Positions 40,623-52,376 of a stretch of 64,000 nucleotides of DNA are shown one piece after another. Source of the DNA: Takakia lepidozioides (lineage: Eukaryota > Plantae > Bryophyta); NCBI GenBank assembly GCA_030704615.1, contig CM060733.1, positions 2,914,001-2,978,000 on the forward strand, read 5' to 3'. Every line of letters starts with the position of its first letter. The stretch's first letter is position 1. Both the position numbers and the translations under genes were made by a program. The notes beneath the pieces were generated by a model. The model ran no database searches and had not been told where the DNA came from. It saw only the letters and a list, made by a program, of their open reading frames with translations.

Positions 40623-43160
40623 TTACTTCGTTGTCGTCATCTCCAGATGTTGATGAAGATGCTCCGGGTGTAGAGGACGTGCCCTCCACCAGTACGGAGA
40701 GCTCGAGCCTGGGCTCGAGTGGTCAAAGAGGGACCCAGTTGTGTGGTCCACCCTTGCCATCATGCGTAGCGTTCTAGGCGAGTGCTGACTCTCTTCCACA
40801 TTTGCCAGAGCCGGGTGTGTCGCTCTTGCTACGGCGGCATGCAATTTTTCAATTAAATCCGATATGTTTGGAAGTGGCAAGAACACCCCTGGAATAGGGG
40901 CAACTTGGTCACGCCATGTGTTCTGCCAATACTTTACAACACTCGTGATGGCAGCCTTGAAATTGTCCAACACCTCCTCCTGCTGGGGGTCTCTGCGCAA
41001 CTCTGGAAGAAATGGCCCTTCATCCCGACGAGGCACCCAGTACGTCTCATTCATATCCTCCCAACGGATGCTAGCGGCCTCCAACTCCCTCAGAAATAGG
41101 TCTCTCCCAATCGGTTCGCGATTGTATGGGTCGTTTTCCGCTGGCACCCACGGATCCTCAGGCAGTCGGAAGAATCTTTGTCTGGTACAGCTCCAATGCC
41201 CTCCCAAGTTCCGGCAAAAAATCCCTTTGGACTGGGTCCCGTATGCCTCTAGCACGCACGGTTATTTCCCAGTTGGATGTCACCCAAAAGGTCACCGGAT
41301 CTTTAACCCTAGTTAACGTCTTCGCATCCAAGGCGTGCATCTCTCTTGGAGCATCCCATGTCATTGTCTCCCCCCAGTGCTGCCAATTTAAAAAATCGTA
41401 AGGCGATACATCCAATGGCATGTTGTACCGGTTGTACTCGTATCCCGTGGGCATATTGTCTTGCAACCCAAACAACTCGTAGAAACGTCGATGGATTGGT
41501 CCACGGCAGTCAGGGCATTGGCTGGCTCGCATGGCTGCCGATATGAGACATGTGGGATGGAACAAATGGCCACATGAACCAAGCATATAGCCTCCCTCCG
41601 GTCCATAAGGGTTTAGGCACATTGTGCACACCGTACCATCTGTTACCCATGACGCTGGATTGCTCTGTGGTATCCACGTCCGTTTATCCTCATTAATGTA
41701 GGATGACATCCTCGGCCTGGTGTCCCACTCCTCCTCTACTTCCAAATCCCAGTTTATGCTGTTATTGGTATCGGAAATTGTATGCACACAGTGCTCAAAC
41801 ATGACATCCACATCACCCCATGTGGTGAATCCAGTGTACTTCGACGTGAATACATCACGCACAGTGTCGTGCCTTTGCAAATTAGCATAGATGCTATCTA
41901 CGCTTCGATTCGACAAACGTGCTGCACGTTGGAGGGAGGACAACGCTTCTTCTATCCGTGTTTCCCGCGATGCTAGATGGCCCGCCCATGTCACCCAATT
42001 CCGCCAATTCCCCTTCAACCATGGCCACGATCGGATTTGCATGGCATTTGAGTACCGATATGCAACAGCCCTAGCTTGCTCGCGTTCCCCCACAAGCTGC
42101 TCTAATTCCTGTTCTTGGGCCGATGTAATTTGCACGGCTGAACATTCCCCAGTTTCCACTATGGGGTCCTTCCCTTTTCTTGCCCTCTCCGCCGCAAGTC
42201 TTTCTTCCTCAACCCTCGCCGGGTCCAGTTCAAGCGTTTGCACTTCATTCCCATGCCCGATTGAGTCAACCCCGTCGATGACGCGGTCAATGTCCATTGG
42301 TGGCATATTCAAACGCGCCAATATGTCTTGCTCGTTGGTGATTGGCCTCGGGTCCTGAAGCACACCGCGTACGCTGTCGAGAGTCCCCAACCCCATTCTT
42401 TCCAGCAACTTCGCTATTTGCCACCGTTGCAAATGAACAATGTCCTGCAGGTCTTTGATGTGCTGTTCATGTGCGGCCAACTGTTCCTCCAACGGAGAGC
42501 GTACCTCGCCCCCCTCCACCTCAGACGTTGAAGGCCCGGCTGCGGAGACCTGTTGCGGCGTATAATCTGGAGGTTGGTCTGCATTTCCTCCTTCTTCCAC
42601 ATCGTCGTTTCCATCCGCCTTTCCTCCTTCTTCCACCTCGTCGTTTCCATCCAACCGTATGATGTCCTGCCCCTGACGTATATACAAGTCTGGGATATCA
42701 GAGAACATGTATAGTCTAGTACGCTGTCTCGCAGTGGCAGTTTGCCAATCCACGGTCGCAATAAAAAACTCTGTGTACAACATGGCCGCAAATAAATACG
42801 GGACCTTGTTGTTGACGAGCGGTTGACCCCACAATGTTGTATGTACCTCCTCTGCCCTGTGGCGGAAATGCGGGTTGGCGCAGGAATGCAAGCTAGCTTG
42901 ATTTTGTTTGGTTTGTGGATCATGCCTATCTCTGGGCCACAAACGATTTATGACACCAGTCCACAAATTTCCTGCAGTCACCAAGCGACCACCGCTGCCC
43001 CAAACTTCCAAACTTCCCAACCTGGTTCCGCAAGAATGTTGGGGGTCATTGTATATGTCCCAACGAAGTTCGCGCCTGGCCCCTTTTGGTTTTTTTTTGG
43101 AGGTCCAGGTTCATTATCGTCATCCCTGGGATGACCTCCTCTGTCTTCCTCCTCCGCCAT
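40623..43160 (-). CDS. RING-H2 finger (putative E3 ligase) cargo protein, about 840 aa if two frame breaks (~43000 and ~41200) are repaired
   Basis: The 620-aa ORF 41158-43020 contains coiled-coil segments and CTMC...CGHLFHPTC...CPDC. ORFs 42978-43160 and 40623-41255 overlap it as N- and C-terminal extensions. Confidence 0.8.
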
Positions 43161-43519
43161 TTATGGCTTGGCTTACCCCTACTCGACAGGTGTTTGCTAA
43201 GAAAAATGCTCTCCCCCCCCTCCTAAATCGTACCTAATCCTACTCCCTAATGAATCCTCCCCAAGTACTAGAGGCACGTGTCACTCCCTCGGCAGTTCTA
43301 AGTGATATGACGCAATGTGCAATGAAAAAAACGTGGGTGCCAGAGGAGGGCTTCCCGGAGGTACTCAGCATCGATTTCGTAGAACCAACGGCCCAAAATA
43401 CCCCCCACCCAACCAATAGCACCCCTCTCCACTTGGACTCAATGACAAGGAATGCAACATCCCATCGCCCACCAAGTCCTGGTGTGGAGAAAAGTGAGGG
43501 AGAGAATGGCCTCCAAGGC

Positions 43520-44190
43520 CTTATAAGCCCCCCCTCCACACTCGGGGCGCGCGCTGTCATCATGACTGCGCACGCTAGTAATAGCTGCGACCGCCAGCAG
43601 GGTGGTCGCATCTTTTTTTTTTCTTTATTATGTGCGACCACCAGCAGGGGGTGGTCGCAGATTTTTTCGGCGCACGACTGGTCGCACGCGACCACCAGCA
43701 GGGGGGTGTCGCAGAAATTTTGTTTAAAACCCACCACCTGCTGGTGGTCGCACTATTTTTTTCTTTAATAGATGTGGTCCATAATTTTGATTTTTTAATA
43801 TCTACCAACAGTCAGTAGCTCAGTTGGTTAAGTGCACTGAGTGCGACCCGGACGATTCTGGGGTCAAATCTTGCTACTTGATGGGTGTGGTATGGTTCCC
43901 CCATTCCTACGCCTCTTGGCGCATAAATGAAAGAGGTTATTTTCTCCTCTCACTACTAAGGGGCCTGATTTGTGAGCTGTCGCTCCCAGGTGTTTCCCAA
44001 AAAAAAGACCACCAACGGGGTGGTCGCAGGGGGGGGTGGTTTAAATAGGTGCGACCCAAGACACATTCCCCCACCCGAAAACTTCCGGTAAATAGGTGCG
44101 ACTACCCGCAATTTTTCTTTTATTTTAACAGTTGCGACGACCGCTACTGGTGGTCACACAATTGTTTTTTTAAATAGGTGCGACCACCAG
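43520..44190 (-). promoter_or_regulatory. Internal array of the same GCGACCACC palindromes plus a TATA-like box for the RING gene
   Basis: Palindromes at ~43586-43752 and ~44005-44190. TTATAA at 43521-43526 lies about 60 nt downstream of GGCGGTCGC on the minus strand. Confidence 0.65.
43811..43880 (+). other. tRNA-derived / SINE-head-like Pol III promoter remnant
   Basis: A-box TAGCTCAGTTGG (43816-43827) and B-box-like GGTCAAATC (43862-43870) at tRNA-like spacing. No intact cloverleaf. Confidence 0.5.
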
Positions 44191-44548
44191 GAGGTTGGTC
44201 CCCTTGCACCTGTATGTATGTTTGGAGAGGCAGATGAAAAGCACATGTATCGACTCCCCATGGATTTGTGAAGGGGAAGATGAATGTTGGGAGCTGCACC
44301 TGGCCTTTGTGGCTTTCGAAACCATAATAGGAAATCAACAATGTAAAGGTAATGACGAAACACAACACACGCACAACCACCAAACCCTTTCTTGGGTACA
44401 CATATTCCACCATTTTTATTTCCGTACACGTATGCATGTACCCAAACTGAAACATGGATATCCATGGAAACATACTACACATCATGTGACAAAAGTTATA
44501 GCTGTACCTAATTCCGTCTGGCACGACGACGATGGTATGATCTCACGT

Positions 44549-47333
44549 CTAGTACAAAATCTTCGTCCCACTCACTTCACCCCCGTTCCCATGATCAGTG
44601 CTAGAATCATGATCTCCATCTGTTCTTTCGTTTCCAGAGGCAACTGGCCGTTGGACCTGTAGTCGTCCTCGGAGTACGTTCAGTTGTCTCTCTGGTCGAT
44701 TTCCACTCCTATCATGAATACCATCTAGGGTATCAGGCCTGTTCACAGGTCGGTCACCAACAAAAGGTTGCACAATTCTGCCGTTTCTGGGCTTGTCCCG
44801 GATTTCGTGGTGGCCTTGGAGCAGGTCTCGTATGAGGAAGGCTACTCGCACGTACATCAGAGGGGCCGACATGAGAGGAAGGGCATGAGATGGACCAGCG
44901 AGGTCGAGGAGCACGGTTCACATGCGGACGTCGTCGGGCCAGATGAAACGACAATGGCCGGTCGTCGTCATCCGATGGTTCGACTTGCAGAAGTCCCGCA
45001 GCAGAAGAACATCTCCCAGGATCGGAGTAGCGATGGAAGGAATTACATGAGGGGGAGAGAGAGATGGACCAGCATGGGATGGACCGGCTTGAGAAAGAGA
45101 AACATGAGATGGAGCGGGTGAGATGAAGCACGGTTCACAGGGGCACGATGTCGGTGAAGGAATGACAACGGCCGGTTGTCATCATCCGACGATTCGACCT
45201 GCACATCTCCCGCAGTCCGTGGAACTCGTGGTGGGGAGAGTTGACCTCAACTTCATTGTTGAGAGTGTGCTCCACTGGGGGAAGGGGGTCCGCAATTGGG
45301 ATGACACCATGTCGCAGTTCATCAACAAGGTCATCGAAGGATGGATGCATTGCAGCATCATCGTCATTAAATTCATATGGGTCATGTGGAGGATTGCCCA
45401 CATCATCGGACCCATCCCAACCGTCGGAGTCGGAGTCCCTCGCGGCGTCAGTGTCATCATTGCTGCTAGATTGGACCTCTGAGGCAGATTCTTCAGACAA
45501 CAGATTCTTCTCGTACCATGCAGATGCGTCACTTGCTCTCCTCTCTCGCAGTAGCCTACAATTCGTGTAGACATAAACCAATTTGTCAGCCCTGGCAGGA
45601 TTCAACCTGTTGCGAATCTTGTTGTGAACAAACGAGTAACTGCTCCAGTTCCGCTCACAGGACGAGGCAGCACACTTGAGCAAGAATACGCTTTGCAATG
45701 GGAGCTAACGTTCTTGCTCCAGCTCCAATCAGATCCCACCATTCATGTGGCAACATGTTCATTGCTTTTGGATCCGGCATGTCATGGAAAGATTCTGCGA
45801 TCCGAGAAGCACTGGTACTCGGACAAGCTCGCTCTGCCATGTTCAAGGGCGCAAGTTGCATGATGACCCGTACAAGCCCGGCTTTGGCATCCACATCGTC
45901 TCTCAAATCCGTATTGTCCAGCAAGAATGGATTCAGCAAGGCCCCATAATGCAAGTCCGTGCGAACCATCCGTTTGCGGTCGTAAAATGCATCCTCGGTC
46001 CTTGCCGCCAAATCATCGTCCATAGAAAATGGAGGACGCCTCAAGGATTGCACGTGCTTCTCAAGGTTTTCCAATATCAACCATGCTTTACCCATTATTG
46101 GTTGTTTTCCATCAAACTCCCGCAAAGCAATCAACGGCTCCACCATGTACACAAAATTTGCACATTTCGCCCAGAAATCGTCGGAGCGAATGATTGCGCG
46201 GACCCTCCGACTTTTGCTCAAAGACTTGGACTTACGAGAGTCGCGTAAGGTGCCCACATACGCATCCCATTGAGGGTCAATGATCACCCTGCTCCAGACC
46301 CGCCCTCACAGTCACCAGTCGATCCACCATCAATTTTGTGGCAAAGCGGGTTTCACCCCGGTTCCTAAGGCTGTATTTGGGTTCATGCTTTCTAAACAAT
46401 GCCAGAGGGATGTGATGTGTACGAATGAACGTCACAACCGACTTTGCCCTTTTTACTAGTTGTTTCATCCATGATTCTTTTCCCCAATCCTCCAAAAGAA
46501 GATCAAAGATATGAGCAGCACACCCTTGGTAATATAGATGGGGATATCGTACCATCAAAATATCGGCCATATTAACCATGTTAGATGCATTGTCCGTGCA
46601 CACTTGGACAATTTTATCAGCTCCAATTTTATCGATGAAACTCGTCAACAACCCTGCTTGATAACGTGCATCTTTTCTCTCCCCGTTTGTGTCAACGGAT
46701 CCCAAAAATTGTTCCCCCGCAGGACAAGTTTTGCGTGAGGTCAGACATAGCCTCTTCTAGCAATCCTGTGCGGAGATCGCGATAACTCGGAGGTGTGTAT
46801 GTGGACTTGGAATCGGACGTGGCTTTGACAGCAGCCACAAACGCAGGAAGCCTCGAGACATTGAACGGAATATTGGCCTCGTAGAAAAATTGGGCCCACT
46901 TCTTATCCAGAGTCCTCCTGTGCGACAAATTTAAGCCTTCTTGCATTGATTGTTGCCTCAATGGTCTGGTCCGTACAAGTGCTGGCGTACAATCGGGTGT
47001 TGCTCCTGACCCACCGGCTTCTCCACGAACAGCAGACGCCTCGCAAGAATCCCCCTGGGTACAACTCTGAGGGACATTTTGATTCGAACCTGGAGTGTTT
47101 GGCTCAGAAGCCGCGGCCACATCAAGAGACGGTGGGATATTGCCTCCACATTGGGCAAAGTGGGCTTTCACTCGCATGGAGGCTTTTGGGCACAAACTAA
47201 CCCCTGCATTCTTCCCATCTCTGTAGCCGAGGTGATATAACATGCGATCTTTGCGACCCGCCAGCTTCAATGCACAAAGATTGCATTGAACACCGTCCTT
47301 TTTGTGCGGGTCTATGGTGAACCAAGGATCCAC
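44549..47333 (-). CDS. hAT transposase (BED finger, DUF659-type catalytic region, hAT dimerisation domain), frameshifted as given
   Basis: CNLC...RMLYHL...C, FFYEANIPFN, PPSYRDLR, VQVCTDNASNM, CAAHIFDLLLED, ETRFAT, LREFDGKQP, LLNP, EWWDLIGA and SSCERNWSSYSFVHNKIRNRL. Confidence 0.93.
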
Positions 47334-47655
47334 TCCTCCCTCATCCTCACACCCAAAACCCTAACCACAGACTTAAGGTTGAACGAAGAACACTAGTGTA
47401 CTTGGTAGATTTGTCAAGAGCAATAGAAGTTAGAACAGAATGCGATGGCCCAACACTACGGCATCAATCCAAGTGGATCAATGCACCATGTAGTATTGTG
47501 CTTTTCGACAATTTGCTGCAGTGGCTCTGGTGGAAGCCACAACAGCAAACGGTCCGCACCCTCCTCTTGGGCTTACACTCTTGCTCAAGGAATAGAGAAC
47601 ATTCACTCGCCACAAAAGTGTTTGCCACAAAAGAAGTGAGGGGCATTGGGACCAC

Positions 47656-48180
47656 CTTATATACCCTCCAGCCTCCAAGCCTCACACGCTCGACGAATCA
47701 GAATCCAATGCTGCGACCGCTCCAGGTCGCACGAGGAAGTCGCATGTTATTTTTTAAAAAAAACTGCTGCGACCACCCTCATGCTGGTGGTCGCAGATAT
47801 TAAAAAACAAAAAATGCTGCGACCACCCCCCCTGCTGGTGTCGCACCTATTAAAAAAAAGAAAATGTTGCGACCACCCCATGCTCGTGGTCACAGAGATA
47901 GGCTGCGACCACCCCCTGCTGGTGGTCGCACCTATTAAAAAAACAGAAAAATGTTGCGACCACCCCCCTGATGGTGGTCGCACCTATTACAAATAAAATA
48001 AAAATTTGACCACCTAGCGGTGGTCGCAACTGTTTAAGAAAAGAAAAAATGTGACCACCCCTGCTAGTGGTCGCATCTATTTAAAAAAATAAAAAATGCT
48101 GCGACAACCCCTCTGCTGGTGGTCGCAACTATTAAAAAATAAGATAAATTCTGCGACCACCACCATTTGGAGGTCGCACC
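47656..48180 (-). promoter_or_regulatory. Right subterminal palindrome array plus TATA box for the transposase
   Basis: About 10 TGCGACCACC..GGTGGTCGCA units with A-rich spacers, then GCGGTCGC, then TATATAAG on the minus strand at 47663-47656. Confidence 0.7.
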
Positions 48181-48373
48181 AATTTAACAATAATGATTTA
48201 AAAATGATCTCAAATATTGGCGGATGGAGTAATTTACAAAACAATTCATTCACTTGCCAAGGTGTCGCTTGGAATACAATGTGTCCACCTACGAGACATA
48301 TTTTTCACCTAACTGACGTGACGTTGGTCGCGTCAGCGTCAGCGACGTGACGTCATTGACGTGTGCAACCCTG

Positions 48374-48716
48374 TCATGAAGGCCATCGCAAAGGAGATGC
48401 TCGGTTTGCAAGTCTGTGTGAAAGGTAACATGGCCCTTCAGAACCATCTTTTGAGTGACCTTCGTATGATAGAGGAAAGCTAGCGCAAATGGCCACATAC
48501 ATGGCTGCGGGTCTTCTCCACCCACATCTTGTTAGAAGGTTTGAACGTGTTCAGGATGGATCGGGAATGAGTTTGAAGAGAAGAAATGATCGGGTAGAGG
48601 TTTCTATGTCACGGAAATCAAGACGTCTTGGATCGAAAAGAGTCTCAGCAATCCCTCCATCATCGTCTATTTTGCATGCACTTCATCAAGTTGGGCGTCC
48701 CAGATTGAAGGGTTGA
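48374..48716 (+). pseudogene. C-terminal continuation of the MULE/SWIM gene after the hAT insertion
   Basis: In frame with 32995 through the TSD (MK-AIAKEMLGLQVCVKGNMALQNHLLSDLRM), then a frameshift into ORF 48489-48716. Confidence 0.75.
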
Positions 48717-49336
48717 GAGCAAGCAGGTTTATGCTCTCGTGCTCCCATAATCCATTCAGATTGCTGATTTCCCTGAGATTGCATTCTCATTGAAACATTT
48801 GGTAGCAAACAATTTCTCATAATTCAAAATGATTGAAGCTATGTTCAGTGACCCATGTGTTGTGTGATTCACAACGGAATGAAAGAGATGTGGATGATCA
48901 TCCACCTTTTATTGCAATCGAGTCTGTATGCATACATTTGCAGTGATGTGCAAAACACAAATTACTGTGCACTATTATGTTTAGCCTTTAAATTAACACT
49001 CCTGACTTCCAATACTGAAAAACGGTTGCCGCCAGTCTCTAGTGTGTTCCCTGCCACCATTTTTGCATTGCAAGCACACTGCTCCCCTCCTCCCATCATC
49101 TCCATCTTCGTGTAGTGCTTCGGCCTCTGCTCCCCTAAGCTTGCAGAGGTTCCCTGATCCCCCTGATCCCCCTTCTCATCACAGCTGGCCTCCTCACACC
49201 CCTGCTTCCCGATGTTGTGCTCAGCTCCCCGTGATCCCCTTCCCATTCAGTGCTCCCCCTCATCCCTCGATCCCCTGCGGCTTCGCAATGGACTGATATG
49301 CCCGGTTCCCTTCACCGTGCACTGCTCCCTCATGTA

Positions 49337-50737
49337 TCACCCAAAGAGTTCGCTCAACAAGGCAGTGCGGCTGTCATCCGACGGGGCAATTATTGAAGCT
49401 AGCGCCTTGTGTTCAGTCACCCGTGATGTTTTGTGCGATTCACAGTGGTATGAGAGACATTTGTGGTGACCTCTGTGGGAAGCATTTGGATTCCCATAGT
49501 GTATATACATATCGGACACATATATGTGGTTTTGAAAGCCATTCTGTCTCATAACCATTATACATTTGCTTCCAACGTGAAGCCACCAGTTCAAAGTTCT
49601 CCATTTGAAAAGGAGGATACCATTGCATTTGCAAGGCAATGCACCATAAAAACCGATGCTTTAGTACCATCATCCTTTTCAGAGAGCAAATGACACTGGA
49701 CCTTGGACTAAAGCGAAAGTTTGTGGGCTCTGGGTCATCTTTCGACTCTCGGCTCTCGGCCATTGTTGGGCAAATTTCAGATTTTGCTTTGGAGTTTATT
49801 TTCAGTTTTTGTTGCATGCTTATGCACCACTCGTACATGCAAGGGACGTGACCTTTCATATTGCAAGACGCGGACATGACCTTTCACAACTTGCCCCTTC
49901 ACACGCGACTTTTCACCCGTGATCCCCCGATCCTCCTACTTCCCTGATCCCTCGATTCGAAACCTGTCGTCCCTCATCCCCTCACCCCGTGGTCCCCTCA
50001 TCCCCTGATCCCCTCATCTCCCCTGGGGAACAATATGAGAGGGGATGGGATTGACATCAACTTCCGCAATGGGTGTGTAGAAACCTGCCGTCGGAGATTC
50101 CACTTGAAAAGTCTCTGTATGAGGCGCTTGAAGGTCTTCAACCTGTGAGGGTGTTGGCGACGTCATCTACGATGCGTGGTGGGACAACTGTGATAAATTG
50201 AAGGCGTCAACGTCGATGTGGGAAAGGTGAGGGGCATATGGTGACACTCGTCGCTCATGTAGTTCTTGTCTTCTTGCCAACAACACCTTGTTTGCTCGCA
50301 AGACCTCCTCAATGGCATTTTGAACTCCAACATCAGCTGCCTCAGCCTCACCTATCACAGAGACAAGCGTTTGTGTCTTAGCTTTGACCCCCATGATCCC
50401 CTGATCCCCCGATCCCGGACTGTAAAGTCTGCTCCCCCATTTATCTATTCCAATTCTGATCTTCACAATGACAGACTCTTGGAGAGGCAAAGTATGCACT
50501 TACTCAAAAGATGCACGTAGCGTCCCAAATCAATCCTCCCAGGCCCTGGCTGCACGTCGTAAGCCTTCGGCATCATTGCCCTTGCACCACAAAAGTTGAA
50601 AGTGGGCCGTTTCCATTGCCGCAAATTCATAAAACGCTCGGGCACGCACCATGCGAAGAAATGCTCAGCAGGAATCGACGATCTGCATTTTGTCCTGCAT
50701 TGTACCATATCTAAGCTGTCTCTCTGCCATGAGCACT
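49337..50737 (-). pseudogene. Degraded transposon-type coding remnant with GGGGATC-rich spacers
   Basis: Broken minus-strand ORFs (QLRYGTMQDKMQIVDS..., 50167-50499, 49440-49877) are separated by ccctgatcccc-rich tracts and cut off by the CACTA end. Confidence 0.35.
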
Positions 50738-51060
50738 CACTACAGGAAAATGGGGGTTTTCGACGTCGAGGCCATGCCGCACCGTCGTAAAACAGCCATT
50801 TTCGGGCAGGGGGGAAGAACCAAATTTGCGACGCCCGGGCGTTGCAAGCTCGTTGCAAGGGCGTCGTAAAAAAAACGTCGTAAATTTGCGACCACTGGGC
50901 GCAACCGCGATTTGCGAAAAGGCGAAACCACGTTTTGTGACGCTGACACGATTTGCGACGCCCGGGCGTCGCAAAAAAAAAAAACCCTACTCTGCATTGC
51001 AGAATTAGCACCGTCTGGGGGTCGCAAAGTGCGACGCTCGGACGTCGCAATTTAAGGGGG
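50738..51060 (+). mobile_element. Left end of a CACTA (En/Spm) element; partner end not found
   Basis: CACTACAGGAAAA followed by subterminal palindromes such as tttgcgacgcccgggcgtcgcaaa. Confidence 0.8.
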
Positions 51061-52376
51061 GACATTTGAATTTAGGCGAAAAAAATTGAACTTGAAAAAC
51101 TTGTTGACCATTGACTCCGGTTCTGTCTAATGGCGATATGTTCATTGTTCTACATATATCATGCAATGCATACTTGAACCTAAGACCTGGGTGCGCGGCC
51201 GTGGCCTAGTTTCTTGGTAGAGCCGCTAACTAGCACACGCCTTAGCAGCGGCTTATGGCCCACTAGCTAACATCTAGGTGCCTACCAGTGTTGGACTGGC
51301 ATCACAAAAATATGATACCAGACTGGTCCGGGTATCACAAGGGCCCATATTTCCCAATACTGGTATGGTCTTGGTATTGGGGTAAGGGGAAGGTAGGGTA
51401 TAGGAGGGGTAAATAAGGTAAATTTGTGGTTGTATAGCAGTAGGGTATCAATACTTACTAGTCACATGTCACCCTTCCATGTCACCCTTCCCCATGAATG
51501 TGTGTAATTAGTGTGGCGCAAGACCCCACCCAGGATTCAAGAGGGAAAACGGGGTCTTTGAAACTGGTATCGCGCTCCGCATTCACGAGAGGTCACAGTA
51601 TGAGTCTGGAATGGTGGCAGCCCGCCTTAGGGTAACACTGGTCTATCCTAGGTTTAGTAGCCGTCACCTACCCGCCTGGTAGGTTCTCTCATACCAGGTT
51701 GATACCCACTATTGATACCCGGGTTAACCCTATATACCAGTACAATGGTATATAAAATATTCAATATATTCAAGAGAATACTCAATAACCTGAAAAAAAA
51801 AAAATTGACCTTCACACTGGATCACAATTACTACTAGTATATATTTACTATATCATCACTTACATTATTACTATCACTATTACTATTGTGTCGTTTGGAG
51901 GCTCACATTGCGTATTAATAGCAATCTCGTCCATCGCAATATGGGTTGGGTATGGTATATACCAGTGTTGGTTTGGTATCTTGAATCAGAAATACCAGAA
52001 GGGTCCTGGTATGCAGTGCTGAATTTTCTTAAGGCAGGTAGGTTTTCCAATAATGCAGCTCCTGATTTTTTCAATTATGAATCTGGTATGCATAGAGTGG
52101 TTTAAGAAAAAAATCAATCTGGGTATGAGCAATGGTATCTGAATGTCAATAACCTGGAAATATGAACTCGGATATGGTATTAAAAGAATAAAAATAAAAA
52201 TGGTATTAGTATTCATATTCAAGTTCAATATTGAAATGGCCATCTGAACTATTCAAATGGCCATTTGAATAATCAAGAAACCACAAGGGAAACCTGCTCA
52301 TCTCATAGGTACGGCCCGCGAGGTATAGCCGGGGAACCCCCGCTCTGGCAGCCTCATCGGCGAGCTGGACGCCCCC

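Larger units (their letters stand above)
32996..48373 (-). mobile_element. Giant (15,378 bp) cargo-carrying hAT DNA transposon
   Basis: 8-bp TSD TCATGAAG at 32988-32995 and 48374-48381. Imperfect TIR CCTAGTTGCA / CAGGGTTGCA followed by GACGT-rich subterminal blocks at both ends. Internal hAT transposase. The host MULE frame reads ...HESEATVMK|AIAKEMLGLQ across the insertion. Confidence 0.88.

Noticed and set aside
43811-43880. Functional tRNA gene
   Set aside because: The anticodon and T stems do not pair properly, so it is kept only as a tRNA-derived remnant.
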